A stretch of DNA of 64,000 bases from Raillietiella orientalis. Its lineage: Eukaryota. Each line of letters starts with the position of its first letter. Position 1 is the first letter of the stretch. This document shows positions 37,823 through 50,799 of this stretch, piece by piece. Location: contig JAYWIR010000003.1 of the NCBI GenBank assembly GCA_036172245.1, positions 6,510,001 to 6,574,000 of the forward strand, in the 5' to 3' direction. The notes beneath the pieces were generated by a model. That model had not been told where the DNA came from. It saw only the letters and a list, made by a program, of their open reading frames with translations, and did not search any database. Made by a program: the position numbers and the translations under genes.

Positions 37823-38922
37823 AGCAAGGCCGTGGAAGTCCCCCATGCCTTCGCCACCGCTGCTGTGCAGGGAGGGGTACACCCCGGCGCTCGGAGCGTG
37901 GGGGAAGCCGTAGGCCACGTTGATGGACGGCAGGGTCACCGCTGAGATGAGGGCCTTCTCCATGATGTCGTTCTTGCCGTAACAGGGGACCTCCGAGATC
38001 TTGAACTCCTGGTTCACGTGGTCCAGCTTGGGGAGGCAGTAGGCGTACTCCGCCTTGACCTGGTACTCGGACTGGTCGGCTGCTGCTGCTGCCAGCTGGT
38101 GGTAGATCAGGGAACGCGTTCCGCTCCCGTTCTCCTGGTGGGAGTCCAGGTTCTCCAGGGACGCGTAGCTGCTTCCTTCCTCCTCGCTGTCGTTCTGCAG
38201 GTCGAAGGACTGCAGGTTCTCCAGCTTGATGAACGAGGGCTCCTGAAGCGCCCTAACGCTGCAGCCGCCCCCCACTCCGCCCCCCCCCAAAAGGGGAAGC
38301 TTGCTGTGCAGGGGGGACGGAGTCGACACCGCCGACGCCGCCTTGTCCCCGCAGCTCAGCTGCAGGATCTTCTTCTGGTACAGGTGGACGTCGGCTGGAT
38401 CGCAGAACCTGAGGATGTTCTTGAACGCCTCGCGGGAGGGCAGCTCTTCGGCGCTGTCCTTCGATTCGAACTTGGCCCCCGACCCGGGGCAGCGCCCGGT
38501 CGCGAGGTAGACGGAGGCCTGCTCTTTCGCTGTCTGGGCGTCCGCGGGAGCCGCCTTCGGTCCCTGCTGGCCTCTGTCACACGGCTCGTCGAGCGGCGAG
38601 GGCTTGTTGCAGGCGAACAGGATGGCTCCGCCCCCTTGGGCTTCTTTGGCGATCCCGCCTCCGTAGTCGTGGTTCGGCTCGATCCTGGAGGAGTACGGGG
38701 ACTTGGTCGCCTCGCGCAGGTGCTGCTGGTGCTGGTGGTGCTTCGTCAGGACCTTCGTCTCCCTGCGGTCTCTCTTGGCCGCCGCCTCCGCGCCTGAAGT
38801 GGCGTACGTCTTCGAGTCGAAGATCACGTGGGTGATGTATGGCTGGCCGGGCTCCTTGTAGCCGGAACCAGAGTGCTGTCTGCTCCTCTCTGCGAAATCC
38901 TGGACTCCGGGAGGGAACCGGG

Positions 38923-38959
<37 letters not shown>

Positions 38960-39169
38960 GTGCTGGTGCTGGCTGGAGTCTGCGTCGTAGCCGTGGAAGG
39001 ATTTCTGATCCACGATGACGCTGGGATGGTCGTAGAGGAGGCGATTCTCCTTGTCGCTTTTTTCTTTGGCGTCGCCAACCGCGTCGCCGGCGTCGCAGGC
39101 GTCCTTCGGCTCCTTCCTGTCGCTCGCCTTCCGGAAGTCGGTCCGGAGCACAGGCCGAGGGTGCTCCAT
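33994..39169 (-). CDS. GATAe: GATA4/5/6 family transcription factor, GATAe-like, with degenerate N-finger and intact C-finger, about 851 aa. Exons in transcription order: 39169-37426, 37338-37178, 34977-34852, 34752-34641, 34553-34361, 34213-33994
   Basis: C-finger [59 protein letters not shown] (CANC, LHN, KEGIQ are GATAe-like). The preceding exon has CSKC-x16-CQSC..SKRV. The long GC3-rich first coding exon has polyQ/polyA tracts. Phases are consistent and the CDS is 2556 nt. GATA identity is certain; orthology rests on finger residues and the position between srp-like and pnr. Confidence 0.85.
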
Positions 39170-39694
39170 CGTCCTTATCCAAGTCCGCAGCAGCCCCGCT
39201 GCCTTTCCAAGCTGCAAGAGGAGTTCGGTCTGTCGTGGGGGAGGGAAGCTGGTGGTGAGCGCGTGCGCCTTACGGTCGCTGCCTGCCCACAGGAGAGGTG
39301 AGGCAAGCAGAGACTCCGGCGGCGGCGGGAAGGGGATGGGAGGGAGACGGACGAGTTTCCATGGTTCTCCAGACTGCCTTGTCTTCCTCCCGGACCTGCC
39401 ATCCGGATTCTACCTCGGAGCAGGAGGAGCGGGTGCGCGAGCCTCTTGCGGGAGGGCGCCATCCCCATCGAGCGAGAAGCGATCCGCCGCTGCCCTTCTT
39501 TTCCACCCTCACGCAGTAGGGCCGGGAAAGAGCAACGAAGCCAGCGGCCCCCGTCCGGCGGTGACGGGGATCCAGCTTCCCCCGTCCTCCCCTCATCCCT
39601 CTCGCTCCATCCTCCCTGAGAATACGTCCTCTCCTGGGGCAGGTCCACTGGCGGAGCTGCGGTGGTTCCTGTGGGATGCCGTCCCGAGAACGTG

Positions 39695-39838
39695 TTATCG
39701 TATCCGAAGACATCCCAAAGGATGCCTGGTTCCCTTAAGCCTCCAAGATAACATCTCGATAATTTTGTATCTCGAAAACGCGAAGGAACCCAAAGGATGA
39801 TTCTCGTTTTAGATAATTCTCAGATAAATGAGTGATAA
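39695..39838. promoter_or_regulatory. Cluster of GATA-binding motifs upstream of the GATAe-like coding exon
   Basis: AGATAA at 39746, 39811 and 39822; TGATAA at 39833; CGATAA at 39757; TTATCG at 39695. All lie in an AT-richer patch of about 145 bp. Confidence 0.55.
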
Positions 39839-40520
39839 GATTGCGTGGACCATATATATCTCGCGGCCAAAGCGAAAATGGGCTCACCTCAACACCCTGG
39901 AGCAGAAGAAAACGAAGAAGAGCCCTGGTGGATGCTGCCGCTCCGAAAATCCCGGTGTCTCTCCTTCCTCCCGGTGTGCCGCGTGTGTCTTCCCTGCGGC
40001 TCTTCCTCTCGAGGAGCACACGAGTGCTGGATTCCCAGCTAGTCACTGCGCGCGCGAAGACCGGTCCCCTTCGTGCGGTGCGCCAGTTCTCTCGAAGAGG
40101 AGGAGGAGCAGCAGCAGGGAAGGGGGGGGGGGAGGGAAGGAACGGGAGGAGGAGGAGCAGCAGGGGGGAGAGGGACTGAAGTGGACGCGGGGGAGTGCCT
40201 TTTCCCGAAGACCACGAGCTAGGGAACCTCCGCCGTTGGCCGTGAGTCGGCCTCTCCTCGTAGTGGAGGCAGCAAGAGGAGCAGTAGTAACTCTTCGTCG
40301 CAGCCGCCCTCCGCACCGTGGTCCAGGAACTCCTCTTGTGCGCCCGCGAACCGCAAGCTCTTTCTCCTTTCCTTCTCTCCCGCTCTCTCTCTCTTTTTTC
40401 TGCAATGTTGTTCTCCCTCGTGTCTTTCGAGACGCCTTGCCGAGAGTTGTTTTTCCTGCTTTTCTCTTCTTCCTTTTTTTCCCGGTTTTTTTTTTTTTTT
40501 TTTTTTTGCCTTTTCCAGCT

Positions 40521-40590
40521 TTATCTGCTGCTATACACGACTCAGATAAGGGAAGGCAAATAAAGATACCAGTTTTATCTTGGGTAAACA
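40521..40590. promoter_or_regulatory. GATA plus Forkhead motif cluster (candidate enhancer)
   Basis: TTATCT at 40521 and 40575, AGATAA at 40544, and Fox-type GCAAATA at 40556 and GTAAACA at 40584, within 70 bp. Confidence 0.5.
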
Positions 40591-43500
40591 GGAGAAGAAT
40601 GCGCGGGCCAGCAGGACGAGTTCGCTCCCGAAACCACGAGCCTTCCAGAACGCTCCAAGAGGCACCCGCTCTCCTTCCCACTACTCCGCCGCCTCCCCTT
40701 TCCTCTTTTCCCTCTCTGTAGCTGCTGCATCTTCATCCGAGTAGGAGAAGAACGGAAAGGAGGTCTCTTTTGCTGCTGCCAGCCGGGAGCCACGGCCTAC
40801 CAGTTCCTCCCGTTCCCACGAAGTCCCGGAAACGCGGCACCGAGAGCTACTGCGAGGAGGACCGTCGCACCGACTGCCTCGGTGCTGCTGACAGCGGCTG
40901 CCTGCCAGCAGCTACAGCAGATGGTGACTTGGCTCCTTCATCTGGAACTTTCCGGGAGCCAACGCAGTGCCATAAGTCGACGCGCCTTTCGGTAGCTCCG
41001 CTTCCACGTGACCCCGGACTGCAGAGCGCTGGTGCTCTGTTGCTACTACCGCTACTTCCCGAAGGGGGAGCACGACAACCCCCCTCTTCCCTTCCTTCCC
41101 TCCGCCCATCCGCTACCCTCCTGCCAACTGGCTCACTCTCCTCGCGCACCAGGCGGAAAGCGCGTCTCTCCCTTTTTTGGGGCGCCACCCCGGTCGTTGC
41201 CGTCCTCCTCCTCCTTGGATCCCATGCGCCATGGTAGCAGCAGACGCCGCTCAAGACGGGGGGAAGGGGCGAGGGAGAGCAGGCGAGTGTGCCGCTGCCG
41301 TTGCGAAAGCGCGCAGCTGCGAGTCCGCGCGCGCAGAGATTAGCTGGCGACGTTTCCCAGGTTTCGGACGGCGCTCCAAGACGAGAGCGAGCCACACCCG
41401 GCAGTGCTGTCCCTCTTCGGCACATGCGCAAAAGAGAGAGGCTTGCTTCCTCCTGGTTCCCGTGTGACTCCCCTCCCTATTCCCCCAATTCCTTTTCCTC
41501 CCTGATGCGCGGTCCCTGCTTGAGCACGTCATCTGGAGGAGTCCCACGTTCGCTCCCTGTCGACACTTGGGAGCGCCCCCAAGTCCCACGGAAGGACAGA
41601 AGAGAGGAAGGGGGTTTTCCTCGAGTTGAGTGCTGGGCGTGCAAACAACAAACCCACCGAAGAAGAGGGGAAGAGGAGGACTTGGAGGAGGGACTAGGGA
41701 GCTTTTTCCCTTTTCATCACTGCAAACCCGGGTTCAGGGTGATGCGAGTGTCCACGTGACCCTGTAAGGAGCCACGAGCGTACCGGAAACGGAGTAACCC
41801 TCTGCCTTCTTGGAAGAGGACCGGGAGAGGGCACCGCAGTTGTCACCTCTTTCCTAGAGCGCAAGCGGTCTCGAAGGCTGCGACCGACTTAGCAAGGTAC
41901 TGAGATTGAAGGAAGGTCTTTGGGAAAAGCGGTTCGACTGGGATTGGTTGCAGCGCCAGCGTCTATGCACATGCCACGCCGTCTTATCCTCTGCTCCGGA
42001 AAGCTTCTCCGCCGTCCAGCGCTTTCAGCAGGAAACCCATCCTTTCTTCCGTTGTCTCGTGAAAGAAGTACCTCTGCTTTCGCTGCTTCAGCTGAGGTCC
42101 CGCTTCGCTAGCTTGACTGGCGTTTTTTCCTCCTACTTCATCAGCTGAAAAAGTAAGGGCTGCTCGACGGGCGTTCCTGCTTTCCCTTTCCTTTTTTTGC
42201 TGGCACTTCTGGAGCTTCCTCCGCTACTTCAGCTACCACTTGTTTTGCTTCTGCTGCTCGTGTTCCCTCTATGCCAGATCGGGTGGTACTGGTTAGTACC
42301 GGAGCTGCTTCCACCGAAACCCCTTTTTTCCCTGGACGCTCTTGCCTCGGGCGCAGAGGAGCGCACTCATGCCGAGAAGGCAGAGCAGCGGGACGGCCGG
42401 GACCGTGAGGAGGAAGAGGGCGATGGTCTTCTGGAATAAGAAGGGTGATTACGTGCATGTGGGCCAGGCCACCGGCAGTAGCGCTCCGCAGCCACCTGGA
42501 AGGACGCTCTCGCTACTTCCTGTTTCAAGACAGGAACCAGCAGGAGGGAAAGGTCGCGACTCCCGGAGAAGAGACATTTGGAAGGGCGGAGAAGAACGGG
42601 AGTCGACAAGGGCACTGGGAACCGTAATCAAGAAAGGCATTGCCCCTTATTTAAAGAGATCCTCTCTGACGGGAAACGCAGGAATGTAAGGGCTAGGCGC
42701 GCCATCTCGTGCCTCCTACCGGGATTGGCGTGAGAATTCCAGGACCGCAGGAAAGTCCTGTCAGAGAAGCGTCAGCAAGGCAACTTCGGTCCGCCCTCTG
42801 CTGGCTTAGGTGCAGCATCCCGGGTTCCCCGACCTTCGTGTTTCCTTCTCCCCGCTCCTCCTCCTCTCTTATCTGCACTGGGGATCGCCTTCCCTCGGGG
42901 TTGCTCCAACAACTCTCCAGCAGTGCAGTTGGGATCAGGAGGAAGATCATGTCCCGGAGTCCTGAGGAAGCGTCTCGTGGAGGTCGCCGTGAGGTATCCG
43001 TCCGGAAGCGTTTCCAGAGTCACGCAGAGCGGTCACTGCAGCTCGAAGCACCGGCCCTGAGGAGGCTCAGCTCTCGAAAGCCCTGAGGCACTCGCAGGCG
43101 CATGTCCAGCAGCCGGGAACTCGTGCATGGGTCACAGCTGCTTCGTTAGGAAGGTCACAAGGTTCGAGAATTTTTTCCCTTTTGGTGCTATCGCAGAAGA
43201 GGCTGTCCAAAGGTCACTCGCAAGGTCCATCTCCTCCACAGCCCCGTCCTCCCGAACCTTCCTAAAAGAAGAAACTGGAGGCTACCCGAGCACCGACGTC
43301 TGCTCTGCGCCTTTCACCCCCCACTCTGCATTCTTTCCTCAGAGAGGGGCCGGCAAACGCCAGGAACTTCATGCCGGGCGACGGTTTCCCTCAGGCGAAA
43401 CGAGGAAAATGGATCCGCTTCCCCTCTCCTGCAACAACTTGACCCGGCAGTCTGAAGGTCGGGTCTTACCGGAAGGCTTCAGGTAGAAGACGAGACTGCC

Positions 43501-44419
43501 TCCGAAGCTTGAAGGAAGGGAGAGTCGGAGTGGGTCGTGGGTCGGAGGGAAGGAAGGATGGAGGCTACGTGGGGAGATGCACGCCACTTTTTTTTTTTTT
43601 TTTCTTCCTGGAGCGAACTGCTGACCTATATTCGCTTGCCGGCCAGGAGTGTCCCACCCCAGGTCCCGGCATTGTCTCCAGGAGAGTGGGAATCGACAAT
43701 AAGCGACGGGGGCTCCACTACCGACGTCGTCGGTCCGGGCTCGGGGAGAACGCTGCCCCACGGCTCCGGAGCTGCTCCATCTCGAAGGGAGCGGGAATTG
43801 GGAAGTGGACGGGAAGAGCTCTTGAAAAAACGGGAAATGCGAGATCGAGAAGCGAGCCCCGCCGGCCTCTCCCCGCTCGGAGGCGGCCGTTGCCGCGCTC
43901 CCTTGCTCCAGGCGTCGGGCCGGTGGAGCTCCTTCCCCATGCGAGCCCCGCGAGGGTGGAATGGGAGGACGGAAGGAGGGAAAGACTGCCCTTTGACGGC
44001 GCGTCAGCCCCACTATCGGAAACCACTCAGAGGCTCTCCAGGAACTTCTCATTGAGATTCACCGAGAGACCAGGAAGAGCTCGGCCGAGGCACCTCCCGG
44101 AAGCGCCCGCAATGCCACTTGCTCCTTTCTCTCCAGCTGTTCCCTCCTCGCCCTCACAGCTCGCTGGAGGTAGGACGTTGGCGCACGTATGCAGGAAAGA
44201 AAGGCGAGTCGGGAGCCCATCCGTAGGCGTGCGCTGTCAGTGGCCGAGCGAGCAGCGAACCGGTCACTCTGGAGGGAGGAAGGAAACTCCCGGCAGTCGC
44301 CCTCCTGCCCACCGACGGTGCCCGGCTTTCCGGCGAGCACCACTCCATCCTGGTTGCCGAGCACCCTTAGTATACCGGATCCAGAAGATCTCGCTCCGCT
44401 CCCTTCGTTTCCTAGGTCC

Positions 44420-45014
44420 CGCACCCTTGGGAACACTTTGCTCGCGTTGCGCACATCCTGCATGGAGTGTGATCGGGCGCACTCCCGCTTGTTGCTCCGG
44501 CGGACCTGGCCTTGGTCCCAGGAAACAAAAAGCTGCAACCCCTCCCTTCCCACCCGTCGACTTTCCCGCCTCCCTCTTACCCGCTTATCCTATTCTCCCC
44601 CCCCCCCTCCCTCCCGAGATGCTTTCCCTGAGGAGGGCGGAGAGTTCCGGAAGGAAAGGTGGATGCGGCGTGGCGCGGCTGCTACTGCGTTTCGCGCGCG
44701 ATGTAAACTCTCCAAGGCGGCGGCGTACGGGAATGGGACCTCCCGGAGGGGTGAAGACGGAAAGCAAGATGGGGGGAACGGGTTATCCCTGCCCCCATCG
44801 GAGTTTCGCGACCCTTAGCGTTCCATCTAGGCATGGAGCCAGCTTAAGGGTAGGTCCACAATCGCGTGCTCACACCTTGCCGTCGCGACCCAGAGGACTC
44901 TGGAAAAAGTGGGACTCTGAATCACGCGCACCTTCGGGAACACTTCGCTCGCGTTGCGCACATCCTGCATGGAGTCTGATCGGGCGCATTCCTGCTTGCT
45001 GTTCCGAAGGACCT
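44420..45014. repeat. Pair of 88-bp direct repeats (44420-44507 and 44927-45014)
   Basis: Shared core GGGAACACTTyGCTCGCGTTGCGCACATCCTGCATGGAGTsTGATCGGGCGCA..GGACCT, ungapped, 507-bp offset. Confidence 0.9.
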
Positions 45015-47474
45015 CTCTCTCTTCAGGTGACCTTTTGCGAGAGTTCGCACCTCTGCCGTTGTATCGAGAATTCTTCCCTCCCCTCCCTTCCCCCCCGTGT
45101 CCGTCTCTCCGTGATGGCTGTCCCTGAGTGTACTTCAGATATCCCTCCCTTCGCGCGCGCGCGTGGTGGTGTGACGGCGGGACTCGGGGAGCACGTGGGT
45201 ATCCTCGGCCGAGAAGAGTCCACGTGGCTTGTCCCATGCCTCTCTTCCCCTCCACCTCCTGTCTCCTGCGCTTTCGAGTTTCCATCAGCCTCAAGGACCT
45301 CTGTCTCCTGGACGGGAAAAGCCTCCCGGGCTGAGGGATGAGTTGTGTCCTCGACCGAACTCGTCACAGCCTCTGAGAAGAACGTGCGGTCTCTGCGTCG
45401 GCCCCCATGTCGTGAGATCGTCTCTCCCTGCTTCCTTCCTCTTCGCCTCCTGCCCCTCCTGCCTTCACCCAGTGAGGAGTTCGCGCTCCCGCTGCCGGTC
45501 CACGCTCTTCCTATTTTCGTTTCACTTTATTTCCCTTCTCCCGCTCCCTTCCTTCCCCCTGCTCGCGCGGGTCGCCTCTCGGGACATGGAAGCCTAAGCA
45601 AATGCAAGTGTACAAATGACTCAAAAAGGTCACACCATACGTCAAACTTCTTGACACCGAGGGGGAAAGCTGCTCTAATCCCAGAGCAAATAACCATCAT
45701 TAAGACTGTTGCATGTCACGAAGCTCTTTGCGGATGATGAATCTCCTCTAAAACCCTTAAAGTAATCTCAGGAGGCGCGAGTGGTCCGAGCGAGGGCGGG
45801 CATCCGTCCCGAAGGCCGGACTACCAGGCGCACCTGTTGTGTCTGCTGTGGAGCGTTCCGAAAGACCCGGAGACTCCTTGGCCAGCTGCATGAGCTCAGC
45901 AATGCTTTCTTGCGGTGAAGGGGGGAGAGGGGGGGGAGAGAGAGAGAGAGGGAGGGAGGAAGTCGGAGGGAGGGAGCGAGAGAGGAGGAGAAAGAGGGAA
46001 GAAGAACGCATATCTTCGCTTCTCACGGAAACGGGTGCAAGAGGGGAAGAGCAGGACCAACAAGCTCTGAAGATCTTGCGGGTTACCAGAGGCGAGGACT
46101 GTGCAGGATGAAGGAGGAAAAATGAGGGTCGGAGGAAGAGAGAAGAGGGGAGGCTTGAAGGAGGCAATCAGAACTACAGAGTGAACGAGTTCTTGGCTGT
46201 TGGGATTTGTTTCTGGTCCAGTAATTCCGGATCCTCAACTGCTAACCAAGTCTCAAGGAGCTAGTGCGTCACCGCTGTCCCTCATCTGCTTCTCTTCCCT
46301 CCCTCCCCATATCGACGACTCGGTTTGATCGATCACCCGTTCCGAGAGAGAAAGAGAGAAAGAAAAAAAAAAAACACGCGCACATACACGCACATACGCA
46401 CACTGCACTGCGTGGGACCTGCGCCCCGTGCGAAAGAATCCTCCGATCGATTCTCAAACCACGCGAGTGGTCTCGATGGAGACGCGATCCGCCAGTGGTG
46501 ACTGCTTCTCCAGCGCGCGCACTGTCGCGGCCCGTCGATGCGATAAAAGCACGAGGAACTCCCCTTGAAAGGGACTTCGGAGACGACAGTCGGAATCTCG
46601 GAATCTTCCTCACCGAAAATCGCACGGTCTGCTTACCGTGCCGAGTGACCACCTGACACTTCCTAGAGTGGATGGGCAGAGGGAGGGTTGCCGTGGCACT
46701 TGCACAGGAAACACCCACACGCATAGAGAGAAAGAACAAATGAAGGTGGTCCTCCTTCAGGCGTGCTGAAAGCACCGTCCGCCTATGGAAGGGGAGAGAT
46801 TTTTTTTTTTTTTTTGGACCTTCTTTCAGCTGTGGCCAAAGGAGAGAAACGCGTTGCGTGGGTTCACGTGAGAACTGAGTCACTAGTTGTTGGGTAGCAG
46901 TCCTCGAAATTGATTAGAAACTGACAGATTCAGCAAGTGACAACAGAGTCGAATTTACTAATCGTCTCTGCCAGCCATGCAAACAAGGGTCTCGGTGCCT
47001 TTCTACATCGAGATCTGGGTGGGCTTGAAAAGGTGCTCCTCCTTTTCACGCGTGTCCGTGTGCGCGCTTGTGCGCTTCCTCCAAGCTTTAGAGCTTCTAT
47101 CCCACCACAGAATAAGTGTATGCGTGTGCACGTCTGTTTAGCAGAAAAAGGTGCCAATGAGCAGACCATGCTCAAGGAAGGCCGCGCTGTGAAAGCTCGG
47201 CTGCTTCTCGGAGTTCTTCTGTTTCTAAATAGTATTGTGTGGGCGCTTAGATCCCTCCGTTTGTACTGCGAGATACATCATGGACAACGCAGGGATCTCC
47301 CCTCCCCCCCTCTTCAGCGCACTTTTAAAAACTCGTGAATCCTTCACACACGAAAGCCGCTTTACAATTCACAAGCCTGTCTTTGTCACCATTTAAGCGC
47401 ACGCAGCTTGATAGTTGGCAGTTTTATAATTCCTGCTGTTTTTTGTGAGAAAACAAAACAATGCTGACGCAAAT

Positions 47475-47613
47475 CCTACTGGCATTGTTGCTGTACACGA
47501 TCTATTTTGGGAAGCGCACTGCTAAGCCTACTGGCATTGTTGCTGTACACGATCTATTTTGGGAAGCGCACCGCTAAGCCTACTGGCATTGTTGCTGTAC
47601 ACGATCTATTTTG
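47475..47613. repeat. Minisatellite, 52-bp unit, about 2.7 copies
   Basis: CCTACTGGCATTGTTGCTGTACACGATCTATTTTGGGAAGCGCACyGCTAAG starts at 47475, 47527 and 47579 (third copy partial). Confidence 0.95.
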
Positions 47614-48189
47614 AAAATAGATAAGTCTGCTTGATTGAATTTCGAAGACGCATCTGCTCGTGGAGGATAGCGGTTTTCAGCTCTCCCGTCTTTCCGTACG
47701 GGCCCAAAGTTCTGCTTGCGCACAGTAGGTACCCGATTACGTCCCGAGGTGTGCCTTGCTTGGTGACCGTTTCGCGGACACGGGATCGCCAAATTTGTTA
47801 TGCCTCTCCCCCCCCCCCCCCCCCCGTAATACTAATCTTTCAGAATTATCAGTCCGATTTGTCCTGATCCGTAAACGACTGCCACTAGAAACCACCTGAG
47901 ATCAGAAATTATGCAACAATTCGAAGGTAACCGAAAATGGCTTTTAATTAGCATTATTTCATTTACAGTCATTGAAGATTTATCGTGGCAGGCAGGTAAT
48001 GCACCATCCGTGCAAGGTCCTGAGGAGACTACGGATTGTAGGATGCTGAAGAAATCACGGCACGCGCAGGAAGAGCAGGAATGATTATTTCTGGAGGGGT
48101 GAACGTTTCGGAAGATTCTTTTCGGAAGTGGCAAAAATCGCATGCCCTCCTCCCTCCGTGAACGGATCCGAAATGTCCATCCTCGGCGT

Positions 48190-48330
48190 GCTGCAATGTC
48201 CGAATTCTTACGTTCTTGCAAGCGCACTGACAATTCCAAATGATGTAGCAAAAGTGGGTTCGGAGAAAACGTGCGCAAACATGAAAAACAGCATCCAAAG
48301 AAATCTTCTGGAATTTCAGCTTGCGGTTAA
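48190..48330 (+). mobile_element. Possible decayed hAT transposase C-terminal dimerisation fragment
   Basis: CPNSYVLASALTIP..EKTCANMKN resembles the hAT motif FPN...L...LTIP..S...ERSFS.MK. Lies in an AT-richer block; weak. Confidence 0.3.
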
Positions 48331-50799
48331 TTGCATTCAGTATTTCACGTCAGCATTGTGGACTTGTGAGTATGTAAGACGTTCGGTGTGAGACTTTGGT
48401 CACTGAGGCAGTCCAATGGAACGTTTGCCGTGAGTCATTCACAGTTGCACAGCATTTCTAGAAATTTATTCCGGTTAAAATGCTGGAGGTGCTCCATCAT
48501 ACTGACACTGGGGAGCTGAGTGTCAGTCCTCAGCAACTTGATGTTAATTAAAAAAATACGCTCCTCTTCCTCGATGTGAGCTCGAAAAAGGAAAGCTTTC
48601 AAAGTGAAGACCAAAATTTAATGGAAAGCATTCCTAAAGTCGAAATTTCAAAATCCGTTTGAAGAATAACATGTCAATGAGAGGGAGGGAGAAGGAGGTG
48701 CTGCTGACAAAGGAAAGAGAGAAAAAAAAAAAAAAAAACATGAAGCAGGACAAATATATTTTTCTCGGATGGGTGTTGAATACTCACTACGAACTTCGTG
48801 AAACTGAGGCTTCCCAAGGCAGAAACCCCCTCCCCTTCCCCCCCCCCCCACACACACACTGTTTTGCTGTCATTAGAGCACTTTTTAGTAAACAGCATGT
48901 TAATAATACGGGCAGTCGTACTAAGAGGTACGTATTTCGTGTTGAAGAAGTGGGAGATAACGAATGGATCTGAATATGGATGTGAATATATATTCAGGAA
49001 CACCGTTCACGTGGCACTGTGTTTATGTGTCCAGCAAAAATGCTTGGAGTTGAGGATCCGCGGATGTTGCATCAAGATTCATGTCCAGCATGTATCATGT
49101 TCGTACCATGCTGAAGCTTCATGTCCATCCCAGTTTCACGCAGGATCTGACCGGACTTGGGAACCGTGGAAGCTGAGCTCGGACTGGAAAGTAGGAAGAT
49201 TGCAGTGCGGCTTTTTTTCTCCCCGGTGATTCGGGGGGCATCCTGTTGGCTCTTGAGAGCACTGACAAATGACCTTCGCTGCGATGAGGCCGGTTTGGGA
49301 TGCGAGCCGTATCCGGAGAGTGTTCCTAAGCTTCTGAATCCAGCTATTCCGGAAGACGCGAGCACACTGTGGTTTCGTCTTGTAATTGCGAGTTGTTCAA
49401 GTTCCGAGAGTTTCGAAAATTCCGGGAATTCTGCGCAACGGCATTCGTTCGTCACCGAAAAGTCTTCTGCTCGCATGGAAAGCTTCCTTTTTTTTTTTTT
49501 CCTTCGTGCTCCCAGGGTAAGTTTATTTGGCCGCATTGTAGGAGTGTAAAGAGTTCATCTACGATGCCGTCGCGGTTGGAGTCCCCATCGAACACGGACA
49601 AAGTCGACTGCTGGAACCCCCGCTGGTGTCGAGTCGACTTGGGCTTCTGATCTCCCCGACCCTACCGTTAGCGACGAAAGTTCTTCTACAAGTGTCGGAA
49701 GTAATCGGAAAACAAACAGCGAAAGATGCTCTTCAGGGGCGCTCATGAGTTGGGAGTCAGTGATTTGCGATTTCCCCCCCCCCCCTGGCTCTTGGGCTTG
49801 GGCTGCCTGGCTTTCTTTCCCGTGCAGAAAACCCCAAAGGGCCACATCCGTGCAGAGGAGGCTTTCTCCGAATTGAGGTACTTACGGTCCCGCGAAATCC
49901 TCCCCAGCGGTCCTGCGCCTCCATCGGGAGATCGACCTGGCCGCTTCCCCGACATCTGCGTTGCACCTCTGGGCACACCTTCGCGACCAGGCTGTGTTCT
50001 CCCATCTACGCACTTGAGTACGTGATGTGAAAGACACGTGCAGCTGGTCTTCCTCACCATTTTATTTGCTCACCAATTCCTTTTTCTCCTCCTCCCCCCC
50101 CCCTCTCTCTCTCTCTTTCCCTCCCCCCGTTGCGGAGCAATTCCTCTGGTTACTTCTTCTTCTTCCCCCGTTGCGGAGTAATTCCTGCAACGTGCATGCG
50201 TACACGAAGTGTACGCACACAGAAAAGTCCAGCTGAGAGGAAAGGTATCAATAAGACATGCTATGGTGGGATTTTTATCGGCTCATCACGCCGATCGCGT
50301 TCTCCAGCACAAGAATAACGCATTGCCACCGTCTTATCACTCCGGTCACCGATACGTCATCCCAGATTGCGGGGTCGCACAGTGGCGATTACGCACCAGT
50401 GCGCACTTAATTGGATTGGTTTGCGCGTTGGCCGTAACTTCCCGGCAGGTTGGGTGATTTTCGCAGCTTATAGGGAATTTGAAAACACGGGGGAGAGCGA
50501 TCGTTGGCGCGTAACGCTCTCGGGATTCGCGTGCGGAGGCGTGACACGCGGAAGACGTCAGTTGGAGTCCCACACGTCAGGAAAGAGGTCCGGGTGCGCA
50601 AAGTACAGCTAAAGGGATGAGTTTCTCCTTGATCTTCAAAGATGACCGTTCCCCTTCCTTCAACCCCAGCTGCTCCCTGCTATTTCTTCCTAAAGGGAAG
50701 GGAAGGGAGCGCTCGCTTGTCTGGAGAGCCATCCAAAGGGCCACGACCGGTTAGAAAAAAGAGTGGAACATGAGCAAGAGAAGAACGAAGACAGGAGCG

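Noticed and set aside
42141..42640. Possible LINE ORF1/gag zinc-knuckle remnant on the minus strand
   Set aside because: Only a faint resemblance; no intact CCHC and no adjacent endonuclease or RT motifs seen.
43509..45341. 610-aa plus-strand ORF
   Set aside because: No recognisable motif or codon bias; runs through a poly-T tract and the 88-bp repeats.
47475..47613. CRISPR-like appearance of repeated units
   Set aside because: Units are contiguous with near-identical would-be spacers, the context is eukaryotic and there are no cas genes. It is a minisatellite.
48501..48527. 9-bp perfect hairpin ACTGACACT..AGTGTCAGT
   Set aside because: Too short to distinguish from chance in 64 kb; no supporting context.
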